Positions 25,791 to 38,170 of a stretch of 64,000 bases of DNA are shown in pieces (the stretch's first letter is position 1; the number at the start of each line of letters is the position of its first letter). The notes below the pieces were generated by a model. That model was given only the letters and a program-made list of their open reading frames with translations, was not told where the DNA came from and ran no database searches. Source of the DNA: Octopus vulgaris. Lineage: Eukaryota. The DNA lies in contig OX597827.1 in the NCBI GenBank assembly GCA_951406725.2, positions 76,260,001 through 76,324,000 on the forward strand, given 5' to 3'. The position numbers and the translations under genes are program-made.

Positions 25791-25950
25791 CAGGGTGCGG
25801 TGAATAAACTGTTGTCTAAATTACGCAAAAAGGAAAATAACCCTGACATCTCATTTTAACAGATATATTTACCAAAATTACATAAAAATATCTTGAAATA
25901 CTAAAAGAGTAAATTTATTCAATAAAATCACCACTGGCTTCAACTACGGT
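25791..25950 (+). mobile_element. Possible Tc1/mariner-type terminal fragment
   Basis: TA|CAGGGTG start directly after (TA)n. No matching second TIR found. Confidence 0.35.
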
Positions 25951-27414
25951 CTGCAGTTTAATCCTTACCAAAAATTTCTAACCTTTATCTTTTACTTGTT
26001 TGTGCCGTTAGACTGTGGCCATGCTGGGGCACTGCCTTGAAGAACTTTTAGTTTTTTAGTCAAGTATATTGATTTTGGTGCTTATTCTCTTAGTCTGCTA
26101 AGCTATGGGGATGTAAACACAGCAACACCAGTTGTAAGGTGTTGGAGGGGAACAAACACAAACACACACCAAATACCACAAGCTCCTTTCAATTGCCGTC
26201 TATCAAATACACCCAAAGGCTTTGGTTGGTCTGAGACTATAGTAGAAGATATTTGCCTGAGGTGCCATGCAGTGGGACTGAACCCGGAACCATATGGTTG
26301 GGAAACAAGCTTCTTACCACACAGCCACGCCTGCACCTTGTACCTAATCAAGAAACAATCATTTTAAAGCATGCAATCACCACACATTGTAGATGTAAAA
26401 GACAATTTGAAAATGAAAGTAGAATCGGAAAGACAAAAAGGTTTTAAACTGGTCTGATTATTTTCGATACTTGTAGCTTAAAAAAAAATATAAGAAACAA
26501 CGAAATTGATTGCTACACATATAATATTTATTTCTTTATTTATATAACACAGACTCACAAAGAATGCTGCATGATATAAATATTTAAAGATTCCCCTTAT
26601 TTTGTCCCATTGCATCATCTCTGACTTTTTATTAACGTATTAAATAAAATGAATGAAATCTCACTTAGCCTTCAGCAATGACTTTTTCTGCAATCAGCAA
26701 GCAGCGTTTGTTTTTCCAATGAAATCTGGTTCTTTAAAACTACAAACTTTTATGCAAACAATGGCTGTATATACAGTATACAAACTAGACCCAAGTGCAA
26801 CATATTTCGTATGCACACTCTGATGGTCTACAATGCGAATATACAGCAATTGTGTATCAGCCGTCTTTTTTTTTTTTTTTTGCATGAGTCAATCAAAGTC
26901 TTTATTGTCTAAACATGGGTTATCTGCCCTTCCAAGAGCCAGCAGTTTTGTTTTTATTTTTTATCTTCCATTTTTATTGTTTTTACCCACCGTACATGAA
27001 GTTGGCTCTTTTAAGGATGTGGATTGTTTAGCATCAGTTTTGGAACGTCTGGCCATAAGTCAATTATGAATGAAAATGTTTGGAAAAGTTTCTGGTGAGT
27101 TTGGCATCGGTCAAGCCACGATTAGTAATGTTTTTTTAGTTGGAGGAGAAAGTACAAGAGAAATAAAGAATTTTCCAAAGTAGATTCAACTAAGTCTATC
27201 CAATGACACCAAGACAAATTGGTACTGTATGACTCCTTGAAGATCAGGGGTTGGGGGGAGAACAAGAAAGGGTTGAGAAAAAGAAAACTGTCAAAAAAAG
27301 AAGAAAAAATGATATGAAAAATATAAGAAAACTTTCTAGGATGGATGATTCAGCAAAAATGCTCTCTCTACGTTTTCCAAATGTTTTATGATGTGATTTG
27401 TGAAGATGTAATGA

Positions 27415-27446
<32 letters not shown>

Positions 27447-27808
27447 TGATGATGATGTTGATAATAACAATAATAATAATAATAATAATAATAATACACT
27501 GTGTCATTGTCTGTCTTGAAATATAATCTTAATTGGGTGCCTGTATATATACATATGTATATACATGACATATAATGTATATACATATGTATATTCCATG
27601 ACACACATGCATGTATGTATGTGCGCATGTATATATACATGTATATATATATATGTATATCTATATTTATATAATATATATAGATATATATATATGATGC
27701 GTGCACACATATGTAGGTATATATGTATACATGTATGTATTCACTGCAGTACACAATATTTTAGTTATCATTTAACTAAAAACATTACAACAGTCTCCCT
27801 CTGTCAGA

Positions 27809-29541
27809 TCACAGTTGCCACAAATAAGTACTCATAGGAGGAAATTCTTCAACCGTTTTGTTGATGGAATTCGAAGAAGTCTTTGGAGGTTTACTGGCAG
27901 TCTTGTTGTGGGTCTTCTTGTGGCGATGTAGTGTGTCGCTCCTAGCAAAGTGTTTAGGGCACAAGTCACAGTGGAAGGCCTTCTCCCCTGTATGGGTTCG
28001 TTTGTGCAGTCGTAGGTAGTGTCTCTGAGCGAATGCCTTCAAACACACTTCACACTGAAAGGGTTTCTCACCCGTATGCGTTCTGCGATGCATCTGCAAA
28101 GAATTCCTCTGTGCGAATTGCTTGAAGCAGAAGTCACACTGGAACGGCTTTTCCCCGGTGTGGGTCCGTTTATGCAATTGCAGGTAGTGTTTGTGGGCAA
28201 AGTTCTTGAGGCAGACTTCACACTGGAATGGTTTCTCTCCTGTGTGCGTTCGCTTGTGTATCTGTAATGTGTTTCTCTGAGCAAACTGTTTGAAGCAAAT
28301 CTCACACTGGAACGGTTTCTCGCCGGTGTGGGATCTCTGGTGGATCTGAAGATAATGTCGCTGCGCAAACAGTTTCATACAAACATCACATTGGTAGCGT
28401 CGTTTCGGTCCGTGGGTCCTTTGATGAACTCTTAGTTTGCTACTTTGGGAAAATTGCTTGAGGCAAACTTCACATTTAAAGGGCTTTTCCCCTGTATGGG
28501 TTCTCCGGTGAATTTGAAGGGTCGTTTTGCGAGCAAATTTCTGGATGCAAAAGTCACACTGGAATGGTTTCTCTCCCGTGTGGGTTCGCTTATGAATGGC
28601 CAGGTAGTATTTTTGAGTGAACTGTTTCAGACAGACATCACATTGGAACAGTTTCTCCCCAGTATGGATCCGCTTGTGGATCTCCAGGTGGTATTTCTGT
28701 ACAAATTGTTTTAGACAGACTTCACACTGATTAGGCTGTTCCCCGGTATGAGTCCTGCGATGTATTCGCAGGTAGTAACGCTGTGCGAAATGTCTCAGAC
28801 AAATATCACATTGGTACCGTTTCTTACTAATGTGCTGTTTCTGATGAATTTGCAACTTAATTCTTTGAGAGAATTTTTCAAGACAAACATTGCATTGATA
28901 AGGTGTCTCGCCTGTGTGTGTTCTACGGTGGATCTTTAATGTATCTTTGCGGGCAAATTTCTGAATACAAAAATCACACTGGAATGGTTTCTCGCCAGTG
29001 TGAGACCGTTTATGAATGGCCAAATAATAGCGCTGAGCAAACTGTTTCTGACATATGTCACAGTAATAAGATTTTTTCATAGAAACGTTATGTAGTTCTT
29101 CAAACCTGGGAATATCTGGTGGCATTCCTTGATAATTGCTGCCCATGTTTTTTTGCATCTGATACTGAGGTTGTGAGATGGGCTGCTGAGATTGCGATGG
29201 ATATTTCTGTGTATTAGTTGGTGGCCTTTGGTAACTTGGAGAAATATTCTGATGTTGGAATTTTCCATGATTCTGAATTTCATTTCTTTGAACATTGACT
29301 GGCATCGACTGGTAATGGTTTTCATTGCTTTTCATTGGTTGATCGATTTTATCCGTGTGATTCTTTTTATGTCGCTGCATCACGTCTTTGCGAGAGAACT
29401 GTTTGTTGCAGATGTCGCACTGGAACGGTTTCTCTCCCGTATGTTTCCTTCGGTGCATGTGCATCAAATATTCCTGAGCAAACTTCTTGCCGCAGTAATC
29501 GCAGAAGAGCTGTTTGAGGGGTGGAGGATGTTGTTGTTGTT

Positions 29542-29576
<35 letters not shown>

Positions 29577-30595
29577 TGTTGTGGTGGTTGCTGTGGCTGT
29601 TGTTGATGTGGCTGATGTTGATGTTGTTTTATGGAGCTCTGCGAGAGTTTGTTCGGGCCGTATTGTTTTTGAGACACATCACCATGGAATGATTTATCAA
29701 TACTAGAAGTGGAGGTCTTTTGAGAAGAACTCTCCTTGGATGATTGTCCGCCCTCCAAGCTTGACTGCATTCTGTCAGTGGTCGGTAAGTAACATGGCTG
29801 AGAATACTGGCTGCTGTACATATTGTTACCAGGAAACACTGTCTGACCAATATAGGGCAGTGGCAGTCTCTGGCTCTCGATAGTCGACTCATGAGAGAAC
29901 TGGCTCCCAGACAGGTCGCTGTTGCTGTTGTTGTCTGGTTTGTCAACTGGTGAGGCTATTCTCTCCTTCTCCAAGTTATGTCTGTGGGAAGAGATCTGTT
30001 TACTGGAGATGCTGTTGTGAATGTTTTTCTCTGGAACATGCGACATCCTTGGAACTTCTTGGCAGCTACTTGGCAGAAATTGTTTCCCAGAAATTGATGA
30101 AGAATGGGTTGTTTTCTCGTGTGAGATTCTTTGGCTTGACTGCATGTTATGTTCATGGGAATAATGCTTGCCAGAGCTGCTGCTGCTATTTTGGCTGGAC
30201 TTTTCAATACCATGTAGCATTCTTTGTGAATCGAGAGTGTGGTCATGTGGGAACTGCTTGCCTGAGCTGCTTGAATGGTGCATAGATTTTTCTAGTGCAT
30301 GGGACATTCTCTGAGAACTGTGGGAATGTGATGACGACGACGATGAGGAGTGTCGATGGTGGAGGTGTTTGCCAGAAATATTGCTGTGATTGCCTTTATC
30401 TTGCATAGGAATCATGCGCTGAGTGTCGAGGCCATGGTCACTGCTGTGAGGAAAGTGCTTCCCGGCTGAAGAGATTGTGTTATGAATGGACTTGTCGGCA
30501 ATGTGAGTCATCCTCGGAGCATGTAGGGTATGCGCCGGGTGAAAGGGCATCCCGTACATGTCGTAATGGAATGGTACGCTGGCTGACCGTTCCAT
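27809..30595 (-). CDS. C2H2 (Kruppel-type) zinc-finger protein, 928 aa, 16 fingers (2 + 14), polyQ, Ser/His-rich repeat N-terminus; single coding exon
   Basis: Uninterrupted ORF with canonical CxxC-x12-HxxxH fingers and TGEKP linkers. An in-frame TAG lies just upstream of the track's TTG, so the start is ATG 30595 (aaaATGg, good Kozak context). Splice acceptor tttaaatttcAG at 30710-30711. Confidence 0.93.
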
Positions 30596-30663
30596 TTTGG
30601 CCAACTAAGTCGGCTAGCTTGACAGCTGGCCTGTGCTGAACTAAAATACAGTAGAAGCAGCAG

Positions 30664-30705
30664 CTAATACCTTAACAGAATCTCCTGGAAGTTAACCGCA
30701 AACAT
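30664..30705 (-). other. Upstream ORF MFAVNFQEILLRY* in the 5' UTR part of the coding exon
   Basis: ATG at 30705, 4 nt after the acceptor, and TAG at 30666-30664, 68 nt before the main ATG. Confidence 0.55.
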
Positions 30706-31819
30706 GGACCTGAAATTTAAAAATAAATACACATTAAACAAGTTATATTTGGAACTTTTCTCTATCTATGGGAATCAGAAAATAATTTATTATAATATAG
30801 TTAAAAATATATTGTAATATAGCTATAAACATATTATAGTTATAAAGGTTATTTTAATAATAAATACATTATAATACCATTATGTGTATAATTGTTATAA
30901 ATATTTCGTAAGAGACTAATAAATTAGTTATAAATATATTGTAATAAAGCTACAAATAGGCTGTAAAATAGCTATAAATATACTATAATAATTGTAAATA
31001 TATTATAAGACAGCCATAAACAGGTTATAGTATAGTTGTAACTGTAGTTTTATTTGTTGTTAACATTGAAAAGCTTACAATGTAAACCAGATAAAATGTA
31101 TAAATAGGTAAGATAGATAATAGACATCAAACAATAATAGCATGTAACAGAGACGAGACACATGAGACACATCAAAGAATAAGAAACCGTAAAAGTAAGA
31201 GTTGTGGGGTGGGAGAGGGAGGGAGAGAGTTGAGAGTAAGATCACAATGTGTTAAAGCAATGTTGTAGGGCAGTGGGACACGGAGGCTAAATGTGGAGGA
31301 CACGCAAAGGCAGAGAGAGCGGCGGGTGGGGGTGGGTGGGTAAAGAGGTGTTTATGCTTGGCTGGGTGTATAACGATGGCTTGGCGTAAGTGAAGGGAGC
31401 AGAAAAGACTGTAAAATCAGTGGTTATCAACCAGGGTCCACAAGATTTTGTTGTTAAAATTTGCTTGCAATGAACTGAAAATACTTGTACAACACATGAA
31501 TATGCAATACGGTTTCTGTTTTGTTTCTTAACGATGAACAATAACGGCCGGGTGGGAATGGGATGAGTCCACTGAAGTAAAATAATAATCAAAGGAGTCC
31601 ACAGGTTAAGGAAAACGGTTGAGAACCACTGGACTGGAATGGAAGCAACCGTATTGTGGAAGAGAGAAGATTATGATGGTTGGGACATGTGATGTGAAAG
31701 AAGGTCAAGGGTTGAGTGAAACAGGGACAAATGATCCAAATAGAAGGGGTCTGTTGGAGAAAGAAAAGTGAAAAGGATACAGGAAGTGATGATGGCTGAT
31801 GACAGCAGTTCGATTTCAT

Positions 31820-33095
31820 GAAGGGGATGACAAGGGGCTGTGAACAAAGGACTGTGAACAAAGGAATGACAAAGGGGTGTGAACAAAGGAATGACAAGGG
31901 ACTGTGAACAAGGGGATGACAAGGGACTGTGAACAAAGGAATGACAAAGGGCTGTGAACAAGGGGATGACAAGGGACTGTGAACAAAGGAATGACAAGGG
32001 ACTGTGAACAAGGGGATGACAAGGGACTGTGAACAAAGGAATGACAAAGGGTTGTGAACAAAGGAATGACAAAGGGCTGTGAACAAGGGGGTGACAAGGG
32101 ACTGTGAACAAAGGAATGACAAGGGGCTGTCTGTGAACAAAGGGAATGACAAGGTCTGTGAACAAAGGAATGACAAAGGGCTGTGAACAAAGGAATGACA
32201 AGGGATTGTGAACAAAGGAATGACAAAGGGCTGTGAACAAAGGAATGACAAGGGACTGTGAACAAAGGAATGATAAGGGGCTGTGAACAAAGGGATTACA
32301 AAGGACTGTGAACAAAGGAATGATAAGGGGCTGTGAACAAAGGGATGACAAGGGACTGTGAACAAAGGAATGACAAGGGACTGTGAACAAAGGAATGACA
32401 AAGGGCTGTGAACAAAGGAATGACAAGGGACTGTGAACAAAGGAATGACAAAGGGCTGTGAACAAAGGAATGACAAGGTCTGTGAACAAAGGAATGACAA
32501 AGGGCTGTGAACAAAGGAATGACAAGGGATTGTGAACAAAGGAATGACAAAGGGCTGTGAACAAAGGGATAACAAAGGACTGTGAACAAAGGAATGATAA
32601 GGGGCTGTGAACAAAGGAATGGCAAGGGACTGTGAACAAGGGGGTGACGAGGGACTGTGAACAAAGAAATGACAAAGGGCTGTGAACAAAGGAATGACAA
32701 AGGGCTGTGAACAAAGGGATAACAAGGGACTGTGAACAAAGGAATGACAAAGGGCTGTGAACAAAGGGATAACAAGGGACTGTGAACAAAGGAATGATAA
32801 GGGGCTGTGAACAAAGGGATAACAAGGGACTGTGAACAAAGGAATGATAAGGGGCTGTGAACAAAGGAATGACAAGGGACTGTGAACAAAGGAATGACAA
32901 GGGACTGTGAACAAAGGAATGACAAGGGACTGTGAACAAAAGAATGACAAAGGGCTGTGAACAAAGGAATGACAAAGGGCTGTGAACAAAGGAATGACAA
33001 GGGACTGTGAACAAAGGAATGACAAGGTCTGTGAACAAAGGAATGACAAAGGGCTGTGAACAAAGGGATGATAAGGGGCTGTGAACAAGGGGATG
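31820..33095. repeat. Minisatellite, 25-26 bp unit ctgtgaacaaaggaatgacaaggga, roughly 50 copies
   Basis: Directly visible. It lies in the presumed intron upstream of the ZNF coding exon. Confidence 0.95.
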
Positions 33096-33534
33096 AGAAA
33101 CTGTGATGGAGTGGACTGATCAGTGAACCTATACAAAGCATTGAAAGAAAAACAGACGTAAAACAATGACAATGAATCCTTGTCAAAGGGCAATAAACAA
33201 ACAATAACAACAAATAAACAGATATGGAGTGACAGTAATGACAAATACTTGAACAGGTGCAGGTGTTTGGCTGGTTAAGAAGTCTGCTTCCCAACCACAG
33301 GCTTTCAAGTTCAGTCCCACTGCAGGAGACTTTGGACAAATGTCTTCTATTCCACCCTCAAGCCTACCAAAACCCTGTGAATGGATTTGGTAGACAGAAA
33401 CTGAAAGAAGCTTCTGGTATGTATGTGTGAGTGTGTATGCTTGTGTCTCCTTGCCTTGATATCACATAATAATTGTAAAATGACTGTCGCTTTCCTCCAA
33501 ACAGCATCATTCATTTCCGGTCTTTTGCAAAGAC

Positions 33535-33945
33535 TGCTTTTTACGTGCCACCGGCACAGGTATCACAACTACAATTTCCAAATAAATATCAAATGGGAAT
33601 TGTAGTTGTGATACCTGTGCCGGTGGCACGGAAAAAGCACCATCCGAATGTGGCCGATGCCAGCGCCGCCTTGACTGGCTTTCTGTGCTGGTGGCACGTA
33701 AAAACCACCAACCGATCGTGGACGTTGCCAGCCTCCCCTGGCACCTGTGCCGGTGGCATGTAAAAAGCACCCACTACACTCACAGAGTGGTTGGCATTAG
33801 GAAGGGCATCCAGCTGTAGAAACACTGCCGGATCAGACTGGAGCCTGGTGCAGCCTCCTGGCTTCCCAGACCCCGGTCAAACCGTCCAACCCATGCCAGC
33901 ATGGAAAGCGGACGTTAAACAACAACAATGATGATGATGATGATC
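33535..33945 (+). mobile_element. SINE family C with internal GGTGGCACGTAAAAAGCACC repeats and (GAT)n tail
   Basis: ccaacccatgccagcatggaaagcggacgttaaac(gat)n tail. Other copies at ~43580-43830, ~46600-46840 and ~62670-62945. Confidence 0.8.
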
Positions 33946-34075
33946 TCTGGCAAAGTGGAAATATCACTTTGCTTGAAAAGAGGTGAAAGAAGGTGGCAGG
34001 AAGGGCATCCAACTGCAGAAAACTTGACTCAGTAAACTCCATCTGACCCATGCTAGCATGGAAAAGTGAACAATA

Positions 34076-34490
34076 GGCGTAGGAGTGGCTATGTGTTAAG
34101 TTGCTTGCTTACGAGCCACATGGATCCGGGTTCAGTCCCACTGCGTGGTACCTTGGGTAAGTGCCTTCTACTATAGCCTCGGGCCGACCAAAGCCTTGTG
34201 AGTGGATTTGGTAGACGGAAACTGAAAGAAGCCCGTCGTATATATGTATATATATGTATGTGTGTGTATATGTTTGTGTGTCTGTGTTTGTCTCCCCAAC
34301 ATCGCTTGACAACCGATGGTGGTGTGTTTACGTCCCCGTAACTTAGCGATTCGGAAACAGAACCCGATAGAATAAGTACTAGGCTTACAAAGAATACGTC
34401 CTTGGGTCGATTTGGTCGACTAAAGGCGGTGCTCCAGCATGGCCACAGTCAAACGACTGAAACAAGTAAAAGAGCAAAGGAGTAAAGAGT
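34076..34490 (+). mobile_element. Full-length SINE family A
   Basis: ggcgtaggagtggct..gggttcagtcccactgcgtgg..(TA/TG)n..gactgaaacaagtaaaagag. Confidence 0.9.
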
Positions 34491-34837
34491 AATGAAAACA
34501 GTGTTGACAATAACGAATCCCCATCGTTAGCTCCAGAAGTGTGTCCACAACAGTTTCAATGCAGTCGAGGCACAAATGACACAGCATTCCGTTCCACGGC
34601 CAGTATACATCAATTGAACTCTTTAGTATTTGTGTTATTCTGTCAAAAGTAATGCTTATTTATTCTTGTTGCTTTCAATTGATCATGCATTCTCTTAGAG
34701 CTTTGAGATTTTGATGAGGTGACTGTATATTTTCTTAGAATGAGGTTGTAGGATTGGTGTGGAAAACCAGATCTAGCCAGTTTGAATGCAAAACAGAGAG
34801 AAGATTTTGGCTGAATATGCTCAGTCTAACCCTTAGA

Positions 34838-35325
34838 CAAAGAATTTAGTAAAATAACTTTGGTTATCATTCAGCTAGTGTTAGGAACATATTGTGACTA
34901 AGGTTTGGTGGAAGATTTTAATTCAAAACTTATGAAAACAAGACATTTGTACTCAGAGCCAGAACTGGTTTCAGCCAGGTTGGTATCAAAAGGGTTAAGA
35001 ATTGTTTCTCTATTATATATTTTAACCCTATTCTTACCATATTTCTGTTGAGATGCTCTGCGTTTCTTTCAATTACTTTAAATATGACAAAGAATTTAGT
35101 AAAATAACTTAGTTATCATTCAGCTAGAGTTAGGAGCATAAATTGTGACTAAGGTTTGGTGGAAGATTTTAATTCAAAACTTATGAAAACAAGACATTTG
35201 GACTACAGAGCCAGAGCTGGTTTCAGCCAGGTTGGTATCAAAAGGGTTAAGAATTGTTTCTCTATTATATATTTTAACCCTTTTCTTATCATATTTCTGT
35301 TCAGATGCTCTGTGTTTCTTTCAAT
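34838..35325. mobile_element. Tandem TTAA-bounded (piggyBac-like) MITE units
   Basis: Complete unit TTAACCCT...AGGGTTAA at 35022-35250 with partial units on either side, joined by the same 23-nt linker. Confidence 0.75.
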
Positions 35326-36765
35326 TTGAAGGCTAAAACAATGCGAAGCGCATTGTGACCAGCGATGTGCAGCAACATCTGATAGTCTGGGTGATCACGG
35401 TGATATCTAGGACTACATTAAATAATGTTACTGTTGTTGTTTAAGCAAAGGCCAGCACAGATCCAGCAAATCTATGATCAAAGGTGCTTCAGTTATGTCC
35501 ATCCTGTCTCTTGTGTTTACAGTCATAATGTTATTATTGTTTAGCTCCAGCTCAACTCTGATCCAACATACATATATTCAAAAGTGTCCCAGCCATGACC
35601 ATCCAATCAAAATAAAATATGTAGCAACACTAAATTCACTTGGTTGTCTTTGATGTATTATGTCTGAATAAAAGTGATGATGGTCAAGGCTGGAATATTT
35701 CTGATGCCAGGTTTGCTAAATCAAACTTGACCCAGTGGTTAAAATACCACCAGCAGAAACACTAACATAAAATAATGGGCAATCCTTCGGTATTGGTATA
35801 CGACGTCACTCACCTACACATGACAGGGAAAAAGAGAGCTGAATGATGTCCCCTCATACTGACACTCTGGAGACCAATACCGAATCGCCAAATAATGTAG
35901 TCCTAAAAGGAGAAACAAAAAGGCTGGATGGTCACAGCTGGAATGCTTTAGTGACAGGACGGTTCGCTCAGGGCTGCCAACCAGGGACTAAACAACTACT
36001 ATCACCCCACCACCAAATAATAATAATAATAATAATAATAATAGCAGCAGCAATTTTTCTATACTCGTAAAAGCATTCATATTGAAATAGTGGGAAAATG
36101 AGATTAAGTGATGTCCATGCCTTTCTCCATCCAATGTCTTCTAAATTAATAAGATTCCAAGCACAATAATAATAATCATCTGTTGTTGCCAACGTCGAAG
36201 GAGAAAGTACGTGCCTGGAGTTGGAATATACACAAAATAACAATTATATACATATATATATATATATATGTATACACACACACATATATATATAGCGTGG
36301 CTTATATTTAATAGTTTTCGTCCGTGATATTGAAACTTTAATGATACACATCTTGCACTACTGACAATAATATATTTATCTAATAGAATCAATATTCCAG
36401 CAATATATCTGTCTCTGTCTATCTCAATCTACTTAAATGTCTTTCTATCGCCAATTATCCATTTTAGATTTTAGATTTCTTTCCTCGTTTTGCTCTCATT
36501 CAATACGATTTTTATCTTTCTCATTTCTTTCTTTCTTACTTGCCATCTGTATATCTATATTCCTAACATCTCACTCTCTCTCTCTCCCTCTACACACGCG
36601 CGCGTGCATACATACACAAATACATATATATATAGACATTAATGTATATATGTGTATACACATTTAATTTCTTTATCAACCTCTATCTTGTTTTTTATCT
36701 CCACACACACTCTCTCTCACACACAGTCTCTCTAGCAGTGCTTATATATATGTATATATACATAC

Positions 36766-36838
<73 letters not shown>

Positions 36839-36883
36839 CATATATATGTATACACACACACACATATATATAATATATATATA

Positions 36884-36928
<45 letters not shown>

Positions 36929-37014
36929 ACTGCGATTCCTGGTTGTGTGTGTATATGTGCGTGTGTATGCAAGGTCTTCAGGTTATTTATAGCTGAAGAT
37001 TATTACAGGTACTG

Positions 37015-37045
<31 letters not shown>

Positions 37046-37453
37046 TTTATGTATGAATGTTCTCTACCGACACAAGCAAGTATATGCCATATGTGTGTAT
37101 GTAGTGTGTGTGTGTGTTTATATAGCAAACCATCTCTCATGTAGTTAATTGGGAGATATTTTACTCGTCAGATATGGGGAAATATCTAAAAGACAAAGTG
37201 GATCTATTTAACTCCATTTTGAATTCCCTAACAGACGGGGCAGAAACACCCAAAACTGATAGAAAGGGAATGACATATCAACAATCATTCTGACAATCTC
37301 AGTGGCAATATTCTGTATTGAGAAATTTAGGGTTGAATAGAGAAGGATTAAGAAACGGTGGTGCGGTATGTGTAGGGGGGGGGGACGTGCGTGCGTGACG
37401 CGCGGGTGTGCATATGTGTGTGTGAAAGTGCGCGTGCGTATGCATCCGAGGGA

Positions 37454-37497
<44 letters not shown>

Positions 37498-37639
37498 ATG
37501 TGTGTGTCTGTTCGACTGTGTTTGTGTACGTGTATCATTGGGTAGAGAGTGGGTTTAGTTCGTGACAAGAAAAATAGCTGGATGGAAGTGAGGGGAATAT
37601 TAAGAGAAGAGAAAGGAGGAGAAGGAAGCTAGATAGCTA

Positions 37640-37654
37640 GCTGGAGAGATAGAG

Positions 37655-37689
<35 letters not shown>

Positions 37690-37797
37690 TAGATACATAG
37701 GTAGATAGATAGACAGAGATAGATAGGTAGGAAGATGATAGATAGATAGATAGGTAGATAGATAGATAGATAGATAGATAGAGATAGATAGATAGAG

Positions 37798-37838
<41 letters not shown>

Positions 37839-37839
37839 T

Positions 37840-37879
<40 letters not shown>

Positions 37880-37880
37880 T
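37640..37880. repeat. (GATA)n microsatellite; (TA)n/(TG)n tracts at 36745-36925 and 37455-37505
   Basis: Directly visible. Confidence 0.95.
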
Positions 37881-38120
37881 GATGGAGACAGACAGATATG
37901 TAAATGAAGATAAAGACAAAGCGATTAACGTTTTCATTATTTTATCTTCAAAGATAGCTAGATAAGATAGAATGAAAAATTGGGGTGTTACAATGGCCAT
38001 ACAAGAGCCGGGATGGGGAATGGATAAAATTGATCAACAGACAGAGATAGGAATAAAGCTAACCAAGAAAATTAGAGAGAGGGAGGAGATAGATATAAAC
38101 AGCTAATTATGTATGTGTAT

Positions 38121-38170
<50 letters not shown>

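Noticed and set aside
28019-30285. Antisense and alternative-frame ORFs overlapping the ZNF CDS
   Set aside because: Shadow ORFs of the repetitive finger coding sequence.
30596-30604. TTG start of the 931-aa ORF
   Set aside because: Eukaryotic context. The ATG three codons downstream has a good Kozak context.
31589-33339. ORFs of 347-551 aa on the minus strand
   Set aside because: Translation of the 25-26 bp minisatellite, which is open in all minus frames.
36060-36214. Possible 5' UTR exon of the ZNF gene
   Set aside because: Acceptor-like ctccAG is present at 36216-36215 but no convincing donor could be found.
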